A stretch of 64,000 bases of DNA, from the NCBI GenBank assembly GCA_012270675.1, contig JAAXHW010000004.1:2603-66602 (forward strand), in the 5' to 3' direction. The position numbers were made by a program, and so were the translations under genes. The notes beneath the pieces were generated by a model. The model made no database searches. It was not told the DNA's origin and saw only the letters and a list, made by a program, of their open reading frames with translations. Positions 46,216 to 55,272 of the stretch are shown here, one piece after another (position 1 is the first letter of the stretch; the number at the start of each line of letters is the position of its first letter). Origin of the DNA: Candidatus Latescibacterota bacterium (GTDB taxonomy: Bacteria; Latescibacterota; UBA2968; GCA-2709665).

Positions 46216-47911
46216 AGAATCCCCCATCGACCTGCCCTATGCGGTTGCGGTGGTCGGGCGGGAAAAGATGGCGGAACAGGGGTCTCCGCAGGCGGTTGAT
46301 TTCTTCAAGAACCTGGGCGCGAGCCACGGCGTGATCGGCGAGCGAAGCATCTGGTACAACGCCGGCCAGGCCGCCACCCTTACGGAGAGCATTGCCAACG
46401 TCAACCTGCGCGGCCTGGGCGCCTCGCGCACCCTGGTGTTGATCAACAGCCGCCGTCAGACCTATGTCCCGGCACGCCTGATCGGTGGGCGCTTCGTCGA
46501 TGTCAATGCATCCCATCTATCGCCGTTGACCGGGTCGAGGTGCTCAAAGAGGGGGCCTCGGCCATCTACGGGTCGGATGCGGTGTCCGGCGTGGCCAATT
46601 TCCTGACCCGCGCCGACTTCGAGGGCTTTGAAGTCTCCGCCGCGCACGAATATTTCCCGGGCGCCGGCGATACCAATGCCGGTGCGATATGGGGTGGGAA
46701 ACTCGGCGATGCCCATGCGGTTATTTCTGCGGAATGGCGGGGACGGCAAAAGTTGCCGGCCTCCGAAAGGGACTACTTGCTCCAGCCGTGGCACGGCAGC
46801 GGGCAGCGCCTCGGATGGTCGAGCCTGGGCAACCCCGGCACCTTTGCCATCGGAGCTCCCGCTCCCTGGACCGCCGCCATCCACGCTCCGCGCTGCGAGG
46901 AATTCGGCGGCTACCGGGAATCCTGGACCTGCCGCTTCCGCTATCAACAGTATGAGAATCTGATCGAAGACATGAGCCATACCCGTGCTTTTGCCGAGAT
47001 CAATGGTTCGCTGGACAATGGCACCGATTATCACGTCGAGGGCCTGTGGGCCGAGGCCAGGATTGATGATTGGTACACAACCCCTTCGTACCCTCCCTTC
47101 CCCCTGACAGATACCAGTATCCAGGAGGTCGCGCCCGACCACCCGGGCCGACTGGCATTCTGCGAGGACTACGGCGCTGTGCCCAACGACCCATATTACG
47201 AGGCATGCCAGGGCGGCGAGAACTGGTATTTCAACGGCCGTCCATTCGGAAACTCGGGCCCAGGGCGCACGCTGGACCGCGACTCCCGCACCTGGCGCGT
47301 GGCGGCTTCCGCAAATGGCGACTTTAAGGCATTCGGCGGGCGGGACGCGCATTTCGACCTGGGCCTGTCCTATTCCCGCACCGAGGGCAACTACAACCTG
47401 CCGGGGGTGTACATCGAACGGCTCTTCCTCGGTTTCCGCGGGTTTGGGGGGCCAAATTGCGGTGTTGGCGTGGAGGCGGATCGCACGTCCCTGGCCGGGA
47501 TGCGGCTCGGCTCGCTCAGCGGCCAGGTGGCGGGTTAGTTACCTGAATTTTGGCAATCCCATTGCGACCTCGCTTCCCAAGCTGAAGGCCCGGGTATCGG
47601 CGGGCTATCACTGGAAAACCCGCAGCCTCGTGAGCTATCTGAACTATATTTCGTCTTACGAGGACCGGGGGGCCATGGGCTCTGATAACACGACGATTAA
47701 AAACTTATTCGGTACCATCGACCCGTTCGTCACGTGGGATGTGAGCTTTCTTTGGAACTTGCCCAGGGGAGTGAACATCGCGCTTTCGGGGATGAACCTG
47801 CTGGATACCAGGCCGCCTCTGGTGAACATCGAGCAAGCCTACGATGGCTTCACCCACGATCCCAAAGGCCGGCGGTTGAAGCTGGCGGCGGCATATCAAC
47901 TCGGGCGTTGA
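46196..47911 (+). pseudogene. TonB-dependent receptor remnant (no signal peptide, at least 2 frame changes, internal loss)
   Basis: Plug-domain sequence 'IDLPYAVAVVGREKM...NLRGLGASRTLVLINSRR' is in one frame. 'IPSIAVDRVEVLKEGASAIYGSDAVSGVANFLT' continues in another frame after about 46510. The C-terminal barrel strands ('MNLLDTRPP...GRRLKLAAAY') are in a third segment after about 47535. Confidence 0.7.
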
Positions 47912-47915
47912 CAAG

Positions 47916-47949
47916 AAAAGGCACGGCCACAGGGCCGTGCCTTTTCTTT
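47916..47949. terminator. bidirectional Rho-independent terminator between convergent genes
   Basis: AAAA-GGCACGGCC-ACAG-GGCCGTGCC-TTTT, a perfect 9-bp GC stem with flanking A and T tracts. Confidence 0.65.
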
Positions 47950-47970
47950 GGATGCTGTTCTACAGACCGT

Positions 47971-48531
47971 CTATTGGCCTGCGCCCAGCGTCAATCCCAC
48001 GCTGAACCGGAAAGAGCTGTCTATCTGCTCATCTGCAATAACCAGCTTCAGTTCGCCAAACCACAACAGCCCCTTGCTTACCTGTCGCTGAAATCCGAGC
48101 GGGATATTCAGGCTGATCTTGGTATCGTTTTTTAAGTCCGGATTGGCCTGAAGAAACGCAGGATCAAACCGGTTGAGGTGAACCCCAATGCCTCCCCCGG
48201 CGTATCCGATCATTTTCCCGTTCTGAACAAACAGGTAGCGGGCATCCCCGTTCAGCGAGAACGTCTTGCGGTTGTCCTGCAGCACCACATCCATCCCGGG
48301 CACCGCGTGGAGCCTGGGAATAACGACCGGCCCCAGGGCCAGATGCCCCCCCAGAACCAGGCTGGCGGTATCGAATGAAGTCCCTCCAAAAAAATTTTCC
48401 TGCTGCGTAAGGTCCACACCGACCTTCAGGCCAAGCCCCTTCAAACTGAGCGCCTCCACACTGCCTGCAAAGACCAGCAGGGTCAAAAAAACCCCTCCTG
48501 CGCCTCCCCTGCGAAACATAAGCCATCCCAT
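47971..48531 (-). CDS. putative outer-membrane beta-barrel protein
   Basis: Signal peptide 'VFLTLLVFAGSVEA', then alternating hydrophobic beta-strand pattern. ATG at 48531 with GGAGGGAG upstream. Confidence 0.45.
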   Translation of the reverse strand: MGWLMFRRGGAGGVFLTLLVFAGSVEALSLKGLGLKVGVDLTQQENFFGGTSFDTASLVLGGHLALGPVVIPRLHAVPGMDVVLQDNRKTFSLNGDARYLFVQNGKMIGYAGGGIGVHLNRFDPAFLQANPDLKNDTKISLNIPLGFQRQVSKGLLWFGELKLVIADEQIDSSFRFSVGLTLGAGQ

Positions 48532-48661
48532 ATCTGCTCCCTCCACTTTTCAGGTGCCCGGCCGTTGACCTGAACGGATTGAAAAAATACGTGCGGATAG
48601 TGAAATATACCCAAATCATCCCTTCAGGTCAAACCCTTAGAATAAATCCGTATGGATATTC

Positions 48662-49744
48662 TCAGACGTGAAACAAAAATCGAACCACATCCCCATCCTG
48701 CACCGGATAATCCTTACCTTCGGTCCGTATCTTTCCGGCCTCCCGGAGCCTGTCCATATCACCGGCAGCGGCCAGGTCGCCATAAGAGACCACCTCTGCC
48801 CGGATGAACCCCTGCTCCATATCGGAATGAATTTTACCAGCCGCCTCCGGGGCAGGCGTTCCCCCTACGAGCTGCCATGCCCTGAGCTTTTCGTTGGCCA
48901 CGGTATAAAAAGTAATCAGGTCCAGCAGCCGGTAGCCCGCCAGAATCAACCGTTCAACACCCGTCTCTTCCAGGCCCAGATCGGACAGAAAAACCTCCCG
49001 GTCTTCGGGAGGCAACTGAGCGATCTCCGACTCGATCTGGGCCGAAATCACCAGCACCCGGTCCGGGCCGCAGCACGCCTTCAGCCGCTCCGCATATGCC
49101 CCACCTCCGGGCACATCCTCTTCTCCCACATTCGCCAGATAAAGTACCGGCTTCCCGGTGAGGAAGTGGTAGCCCTTAATAACCCTCTGCTCGTCTTCGG
49201 AGAGGTCCAGGGCGCGCACCGGCACCTCCTGTTCCAGTTCCGATACAACCCTGGACACAACATCCTGCTCTCGTTTTTCAGGAGCGCGGAGACCGGCCTT
49301 CCTCAGCCGCTGCAGCGCCCCTTCGGCGGACTCCAAATCGGCCAGGATCAACTCCGCTCCAACGGTCTCCACATCCCGCACCGGGTCTACCCCACCTCCC
49401 ACACTGGCCACCCGGTCGTCTTCAAAACAGCGGACCACGTGTACCAGCGCATCCGCCTCCCGAATATGGCCCAAAGACCGGTTGCCCAGTCCCTCTCCCC
49501 GGCTGGCCCCCCGAACCAGTCCGGCGATGTCCACGAACCGAATGTGGGTAGGCGTACAGGTCTCGGGCTTTATGATCTCATTCAGACGAACCAGGCGTTC
49601 GTCCGGAACCTCCACCATCCCTACATTGGGTTCCACGGTACAGAAAGGGTAGTTGGATGCCTCGGCCTGCGCCCGGGTCAACGCGTTGAACAGCGTCGAT
49701 TTGCCCACATTGGGCAGGCCGATAATTCCGATGAACAGAGACAT
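48662..49744 (-). CDS. ychF: redox-regulated ribosome-binding ATPase YchF
   Basis: 'IGIIGLPNVGKSTLFNALT', 'FCTVEPNVG', 'VDIAGLV' and a TGS-like C-terminus 'YPVQDGDVVRFLF'. ATG at 49744. Confidence 0.93.
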   Translation of the reverse strand: MSLFIGIIGLPNVGKSTLFNALTRAQAEASNYPFCTVEPNVGMVEVPDERLVRLNEIIKPETCTPTHIRFVDIAGLVRGASRGEGLGNRSLGHIREADALVHVVRCFEDDRVASVGGGVDPVRDVETVGAELILADLESAEGALQRLRKAGLRAPEKREQDVVSRVVSELEQEVPVRALDLSEDEQRVIKGYHFLTGKPVLYLANVGEEDVPGGGAYAERLKACCGPDRVLVISAQIESEIAQLPPEDREVFLSDLGLEETGVERLILAGYRLLDLITFYTVANEKLRAWQLVGGTPAPEAAGKIHSDMEQGFIRAEVVSYGDLAAAGDMDRLREAGKIRTEGKDYPVQDGDVVRFLFHV

Positions 49745-49828
49745 ATCACTTCGTATGGTGCGCCTCTGAAAAACGGCCAGCGATTGAGCGTTCAATTGCT
49801 GGCCGTTCAAACCTTCGGTGTTTGCCTG

Positions 49829-50095
49829 TTATCGCCCGCCGCTGATGGCGGTTACAAAGTGGATCTCGCTTTCCGGACCTGCCTTCTGCCTCATTCCCTC
49901 GTTGGTCACCACCCCGTCCACCGAAACGGCAAGACCGGGCCGAATCCGGTCCTCCTCGCACACCCGGTCTTTAACGCCAGGATAGGCGGCCTCCAGATTA
50001 TTGACCACCTCCCGGATCGTCTCCCCTTCAACCCGAACCTGCTCCTTCCCGCCTGTCAGGCCCTGCATCAGCGATGGAATCCAGACCACGGGCAT
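49829..50095 (-). CDS. MoaD/ThiS-family ubiquitin-like protein ending ...SGGR
   Basis: 88 aa with a beta-grasp-like pattern and C-terminal 'EIHFVTAISGGR'. The ATG at 50095 lies 4 nt after the upstream stop. The track extension is an out-of-frame read of the upstream gene. Confidence 0.65.
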   Translation of the reverse strand: MPVVWIPSLMQGLTGGKEQVRVEGETIREVVNNLEAAYPGVKDRVCEEDRIRPGLAVSVDGVVTNEGMRQKAGPESEIHFVTAISGGR

Positions 50096-50099
50096 CGGG

Positions 50100-52400
50100 T
50101 TACGCCTTTCCGTTTCCATCTTTGGACCACAGGGCCTCCATGATCCGGCCCGGCGACATCGGCAGTTCGTACATCCGCACACCGACCGCCCGGTAAACCG
50201 CATTGGCAAGCGCCGCCGGGGGCGGCACAATGGGCACCTCACCCACGCCGCGCACCCCATAGGGATGCCCGGGGTTGGGCACCTCTACAATCACCGTCTC
50301 GATCATCGGCAGGTCCAGGCAGGTCGGCATCCGGTAATCCAGGAAGCTGGCATTGGTCAGCACCCCGTCACCGTTGTAAATATACTCCTCGCTCAGCGCC
50401 CACCCAACGCCCTGCGCCACGCCACCCTGCATCTGCCCTTCCACGTAGCTGGGGTGGATCGCCTTCCCCGCGTCCTGGACGATGGTGCAGCGCAGGGTAT
50501 CCACCTTCCCGGTCTCCGGGTCCACCTCCACATCCACAATCATCAACGCAAAAGCCCCGCCCGGTCCTCTGGGCGTCACCGTCGCGCGGCCCACCAGCGC
50601 GAGTCCACCCGTCTGCCCGAGCTTTCCGGCCACTTCCTTGAATGTCATCGACTTCGAAGCATCCGACCTTGACCGGACCGCGCCATCTTCGTAGACCACG
50701 TCGTCTTCCGGGATTTCCCAGAACCGGGCCGCCCGCTCGACCATCTGCCGTTTGATATCCTGCGCCGCCTCGTAGGCCGCAAAACCGGTGGCAAACGTGG
50801 TGCGGCTGCCTCCGGTTCCGTCCGTATGGCCGATGGCATCGGTATCGACCACCATCGGCGTGACCTCCTCTGCCGGAATACCCAGCGCCTCTGCAAGGTG
50901 CATCGCAATAGACGTCCGGGTGCCCCCAATGTCCGGCGAGCCTTCCACCAGGGTAACCGACCCGTCGGGATTCACGTTTGCAATCGCGACCGACGTTCCC
51001 CCGCCGTTGAACCAGAACCCCAGGGCGACACCCCGCCCCCGGTTCGGCCCCTCCAGGGGGGCGGTGATGTGCGGGTGGTCCATCGCAGCCCGGATCACCT
51101 CTTCACAGCCGATACGGGGATAGATCGGGCCGTCCGCCCGCCGGGTGCCCTCTTTTGACGCATTCGCCAGCCGGAATTCGAGCGGGTTCATACCCAGTTC
51201 TTCGCAGATCTCGTCGATCACCGTCTCGGACGCAAACGCCGCATTCGTAGCCCCGGGCGCCCGGTAGGCCGACGTCTGGGGTTTGTTGACCACCACGTCG
51301 TACCCATCAATCAGTGTATTCTCGATATTGTAGGGCGCAAAAATACAGCCTGCGCCCGCCCCGACCGGAGACCCCGGATAAGCGCCCGCCTCGTAGGCCA
51401 TATACGCCTGTGCGGCCACCAGCTTTCCCTCCTTCGTCGCCCCCATCTTCACCCGGATGTACGACGCGGGCGTTGGACCGGTGCCCTTGAGGACCTCCGT
51501 CCGGCTCATCACAAACTTGACCGGATGGCCACTCTTTTTGGAAAGCAGCGCCGCCACAGGCTCGTGGTAGACCCGAAACTTTCCGCCGAATCCCCCGCCG
51601 ATCTCGGCTGGAACCACACGAACCCTGGCAATGGAGATGCCCAGCACATCCGCCACCTGGCTGCGCACGTCGAAAGGCCCCTGCGTGCTGCACCAGACGG
51701 TCACCCGACCGTCCGTATTCCAGAGCGCCGTGGCGTTGTGGGGTTCGATATATCCCTGGTGCACCGTCCCGGTTGTAAACTCCCGCTCGACCACCACATC
51801 CGCCTCTTCGAACCCTTGCTCAACATCGCCGAACCTGTGCTGGAAGTGGTTGGCGATATTGCTCTTCTTATCGGTCTTTTCCCCCAGCGATCTCATCGTC
51901 AGGTCGTCGTGCAAAAGGGGCACATCCTCTTTCATCGCCTGCTGAACATCCAGCACCGGGGGCAGGACCTCATAGTCGACCTCGATCAGTTCCACCGCCT
52001 CTTCCGCGATATGGACAGAGGTCGCAGCCACAGCCGCAACCGCATGCCCCTCATAGAGTACCTTGTCATAGGCCAGCACGTTCTTCATCAGGTTGCTCAG
52101 CACAACAACCCCCTCGCCCACCGCTCTGACCTTGTCTTCCACAACCCTGGCCAGGTCCTGACCCGTCACCACCGCCTTCACACCGGGGTGCGCCTCTGCG
52201 CGGCTGGTATCGATCGATTTGATCCGCGCATGCGCATGCGGGCTTCTCAACGACTTCCCGTACAGCAGACCGGCCATCTGCACGTCGGCCCCATACACCG
52301 CCCGCCCCGTTACCTTGTCCGCGCCGTCGTGCCGGATGGGTCGCGTACCGACGACTTTGTACTCCTTGATGCCCAGATATTCTTCCATCTTTGTCGCCAT
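50100..52400 (-). CDS. xanthine dehydrogenase-family molybdopterin-binding large subunit, paralog 1
   Basis: 'GTRPIRHDGADKVTGRAVYGAD', 'IGGGFGGK', 'AYRAPGATNA' and C-terminal 'GVRGVGEVPIVPPPAA'. Confidence 0.9.
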   Translation of the reverse strand: MATKMEEYLGIKEYKVVGTRPIRHDGADKVTGRAVYGADVQMAGLLYGKSLRSPHAHARIKSIDTSRAEAHPGVKAVVTGQDLARVVEDKVRAVGEGVVVLSNLMKNVLAYDKVLYEGHAVAAVAATSVHIAEEAVELIEVDYEVLPPVLDVQQAMKEDVPLLHDDLTMRSLGEKTDKKSNIANHFQHRFGDVEQGFEEADVVVEREFTTGTVHQGYIEPHNATALWNTDGRVTVWCSTQGPFDVRSQVADVLGISIARVRVVPAEIGGGFGGKFRVYHEPVAALLSKKSGHPVKFVMSRTEVLKGTGPTPASYIRVKMGATKEGKLVAAQAYMAYEAGAYPGSPVGAGAGCIFAPYNIENTLIDGYDVVVNKPQTSAYRAPGATNAAFASETVIDEICEELGMNPLEFRLANASKEGTRRADGPIYPRIGCEEVIRAAMDHPHITAPLEGPNRGRGVALGFWFNGGGTSVAIANVNPDGSVTLVEGSPDIGGTRTSIAMHLAEALGIPAEEVTPMVVDTDAIGHTDGTGGSRTTFATGFAAYEAAQDIKRQMVERAARFWEIPEDDVVYEDGAVRSRSDASKSMTFKEVAGKLGQTGGLALVGRATVTPRGPGGAFALMIVDVEVDPETGKVDTLRCTIVQDAGKAIHPSYVEGQMQGGVAQGVGWALSEEYIYNGDGVLTNASFLDYRMPTCLDLPMIETVIVEVPNPGHPYGVRGVGEVPIVPPPAALANAVYRAVGVRMYELPMSPGRIMEALWSKDGNGKA

Positions 52401-52476
52401 TTGTGGTCTATCTCCAGGGTCTTAACCCACTTTTAAAATCCGGATTTCCGTAGCCGGCAGGCCGCACCGGGCGACC

Positions 52477-54768
52477 CTACGATCCATCCCCACCTGTGGC
52501 CCAGAGTGTCTCCAGGATCTGCCCCGGAGACATCGGCAGCACCTCCATCCGCACGCCGACCGCCCGGTAAATCGCATTGGCAAGCGCCGCCGGAGGGGGG
52601 ACAATGGACGCCTCGCCCACGCCGCGCACCCCGTAGGGATGACCCGGATTGGGCACCTCTACAATCACCGTTTCGATCATCGGCAGGTCCAGACATGTCG
52701 GCATCCGGTAATCCAGCAGGCTGGCGTTGGCCAATTCCCCGCTTTCGGTGTAGAAATACTCCTCGTTCAGCCCCCACCCGATGCCCTGCGCCGTCCCGCC
52801 CTGCATCTGTCCTTCTACGTAACTGGGGTGAATCGCCTTCCCCGCGTCCTGGATCATCGTCACGCGCAGGATATCGACCTTGCCGGTCTCCGGGTCCACC
52901 TCCACATCCGCAATCATCATCGTAAAAGATCCGCCCACACCCTGAGGATCAACGGTCGCACGCCCCATCAACGGCCCACCCGTTTGGTTAAGCTTTCCTG
53001 CCAACTCTTTGAACGATAGAGATTTCGACGGATCAGACTTGGACCTGAACGTGCCGTCTTCAAACACGACGTCATCCACGGAGATCTCCCAGAATATGGC
53101 GGCCCGCTCCACCATCTGACGGATGATATCCTGCGCTGCTTCGTAGGCCGCCCAGCCGGTGGCGAAGGTCACGCGGCTACCGCCGGTGACGTCCGTCTCC
53201 CCCACCCCGTCGGTATCCGCCACCACCGGCTGCACATCCTCCACCGGGATGCCCAGCGGCTCGGCGAGCTGCATCGCCACCGACGTCCGCGTGCCACCGA
53301 TGTCGGTCGAACCCTCCACCAGGCTGACCGTACCGTCCGTATTCACGCTGGCGCTGGCGCTGGACTTCAGCCCCACATTGAACCAGAAGCCGGACGCCAC
53401 CCCCCGGCCCCGGTTCGGCCCCTCTATGGGCGACCTGTAATGGTCGGATTCCATCGCCGCCTTCACCACCTCTTCGTGCCCGACCCGGGGGAAGGTCGGT
53501 CCGTCCGCACGGCGCGTGCCCTCCTTCGCCGAGTTCATCAGCCGGAACGCCAGAGGTTCCATCCCCAGGTGCTCGCAGATCTCGTCCACCACCGTCTCCG
53601 ACCCAAACGCCGCATTGGTCGCGCCCGGCGCCCGGTAGGCCATCGTCTGCGGCTTGTTGACCACCACATTGTAGCCGTCGATCAGTATGTTCTCAATATC
53701 ATACGGCGCAAAAATACACATCGCTCCCGGCTCTGCCCAGCCGCCCGGGAACCCACCCGACTCGTAGGCCAGATAGGCCTGTGCGGCCACCAGCCTGCCA
53801 TCCTTTTTCGCTCCCATCTTCACCCGGATATACGATCCCGGGGTCGGTCCGGTCGCCTTCAACACTTCGTCCCGGCTCATCACCATCTTCACCGGCTGTC
53901 CGGTCTTCCTTGACAGCAGCGCCTCAACAGGCTCCAGATACACCCGGATCTTCCCGCCGAACCCCCCGCCGATCTCTGTGGGAATCACCCTCACGTTCAC
54001 CACCGAAGTCTGGAGCAGCGCCGCCACCTGCTGACGGACCGTAAACGCCCCCTGGGTGCTGCACCAGACCGTCAGCCGCCCGTCCGGGTTCCACAGCGCC
54101 GTGGCGTTCTGCGGTTCGATATACCCCTGGTGCACAGTACCGGTTTGAAACTCCCGTTCGACCACGACGTCCGCTTCGTCAAATGCTTTCTCAATATCTC
54201 CGAACCTGTGCTGAAAGTGGGTGGCAATATTGCTCACCTTGCCGGTATCCTCGCCCAGGGACTGGGTGGTCAGATCCTCAAGCAGAAGCGGCGCATCCTC
54301 CGCCATCGCCTCCCGCACGTCCAGCAGTGGCGGCAGCACCTCGTAGTCCACCTCGATCAGCTCCAGGGCTTCTTCGGCGACGTTCGGGTCGGTGGCCGCC
54401 ACCGCCGCCACCGCGTGCCCTTCGTAGAGCACCTTGCCGTCGGCCAGCACGTTGGCGCGCAGGTACAGGATATTGGTGGGGCCCTCGCCCAACTCCACAA
54501 TCGCCGACTCCGGAACGGGGATATCCGCAACCGTCACCACGGCCCTCACCCCCGGGTGCGCCTCGGCCCTGCTGGTATCGATCGACCTGATCCGGGCGTG
54601 TGCATGGGGGCTGCGCAGCACCTTCCCATGCAGCAGGCCGGCCATCTGCACATCGGCGCCGTAGATCGCCCGTCCCGTGACCTTGTCCACCCCATCGTGC
54701 CGGATCGGTCGGGTGCCGATCACCTTATAGTCTTCAATCCCCAGATAGTCTTCGGTCTTGGCCGCCAT
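52477..54768 (-). CDS. xanthine dehydrogenase-family molybdopterin-binding large subunit, paralog 2
   Basis: Collinear with paralog 1 over its full length and carrying the same motifs, including long identical runs such as 'LDYRMPTCLDLPMIETVIVEVPNPGHPYGVRGVGE'. Confidence 0.9.
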   Translation of the reverse strand: MAAKTEDYLGIEDYKVIGTRPIRHDGVDKVTGRAIYGADVQMAGLLHGKVLRSPHAHARIRSIDTSRAEAHPGVRAVVTVADIPVPESAIVELGEGPTNILYLRANVLADGKVLYEGHAVAAVAATDPNVAEEALELIEVDYEVLPPLLDVREAMAEDAPLLLEDLTTQSLGEDTGKVSNIATHFQHRFGDIEKAFDEADVVVEREFQTGTVHQGYIEPQNATALWNPDGRLTVWCSTQGAFTVRQQVAALLQTSVVNVRVIPTEIGGGFGGKIRVYLEPVEALLSRKTGQPVKMVMSRDEVLKATGPTPGSYIRVKMGAKKDGRLVAAQAYLAYESGGFPGGWAEPGAMCIFAPYDIENILIDGYNVVVNKPQTMAYRAPGATNAAFGSETVVDEICEHLGMEPLAFRLMNSAKEGTRRADGPTFPRVGHEEVVKAAMESDHYRSPIEGPNRGRGVASGFWFNVGLKSSASASVNTDGTVSLVEGSTDIGGTRTSVAMQLAEPLGIPVEDVQPVVADTDGVGETDVTGGSRVTFATGWAAYEAAQDIIRQMVERAAIFWEISVDDVVFEDGTFRSKSDPSKSLSFKELAGKLNQTGGPLMGRATVDPQGVGGSFTMMIADVEVDPETGKVDILRVTMIQDAGKAIHPSYVEGQMQGGTAQGIGWGLNEEYFYTESGELANASLLDYRMPTCLDLPMIETVIVEVPNPGHPYGVRGVGEASIVPPPAALANAIYRAVGVRMEVLPMSPGQILETLWATGGDGS

Positions 54769-54773
54769 CGGTT

Positions 54774-55250
54774 CTATCCCTCCATCGTCTGGGCCGCATC
54801 CTGCACGGCCCGGACAATTTTATCGTACCCGGTGCAACGACACAGATTTCCTGCCAGCCAGAGGCGGATCCGGTGTTCGGACGGATTCGGCTCCCGGTCC
54901 AGCAACGCCTTTGCCGCCACGATAAACCCCGGCGTACAGATGCCGCACTGAAGCGCCGCGTGTTCCAGGAACTTCTGCTGCAACGGGTGCAGCCCCTCGG
55001 GACTGGCGATCCCCTCGACCGTTGTGATCTCGCTCCCCTGCGCCTCCACCCCCAGCACCAGGCAGGAATCGACCACACGCCCGTCCAGGATGACGCTGCA
55101 GGCCCCGCAGTTACCGTTGCTGCACCCCTCTTTTGTGCCGATCAGCCCGAGGGTATCCCTCAAGACCCCCAGGAGCGTCTCCCGGGGTTCACACAGGAGA
55201 TCGACATCCTCACCGTTAATTCTGGTCTCTACGTGTACTTTGCCAGGCAT
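54774..55250 (-). CDS. (2Fe-2S)-binding small subunit of the molybdo-hydroxylase
   Basis: 'GCSNGNCGACSV' and 'ALQCGICTPG...NLCRCTGY' double 2Fe-2S motifs. ATG at 55250. Confidence 0.9.
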   Translation of the reverse strand: MPGKVHVETRINGEDVDLLCEPRETLLGVLRDTLGLIGTKEGCSNGNCGACSVILDGRVVDSCLVLGVEAQGSEITTVEGIASPEGLHPLQQKFLEHAALQCGICTPGFIVAAKALLDREPNPSEHRIRLWLAGNLCRCTGYDKIVRAVQDAAQTMEG

Positions 55251-55272
55251 TGATCCAGCTCCTTTGCTCGTT

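Noticed and set aside
48668-50143. 491-aa plus-strand ORF opposite ychF and the MoaD-like gene.
   Set aside because: It is antisense to a gene with unambiguous YchF motifs, and its composition is Arg/Pro/His/Gln-rich with no motifs. The same reasoning applies to 15490..16791 (opposite asnS), 26017..27231 (opposite nusA), 12786..13910 and 14382..15386 (opposite leuS), 24267..25307 (opposite infB), 31952..33394 (opposite mutL), 38465..39604 (opposite COG0523/rtcB), 41691..42758 (opposite aldolase) and 58236..59462.
49829-50260. The N-terminal extension 'RRRLPMRFTGRSVCG...' of this ORF reappears in ORF 52422..52604, which could suggest a duplicated small Cys/Arg-rich protein.
   Set aside because: Both stretches are out-of-frame reads of the homologous 3' ends of the two paralogous large-subunit genes. 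The real MoaD-like gene starts at 50095.
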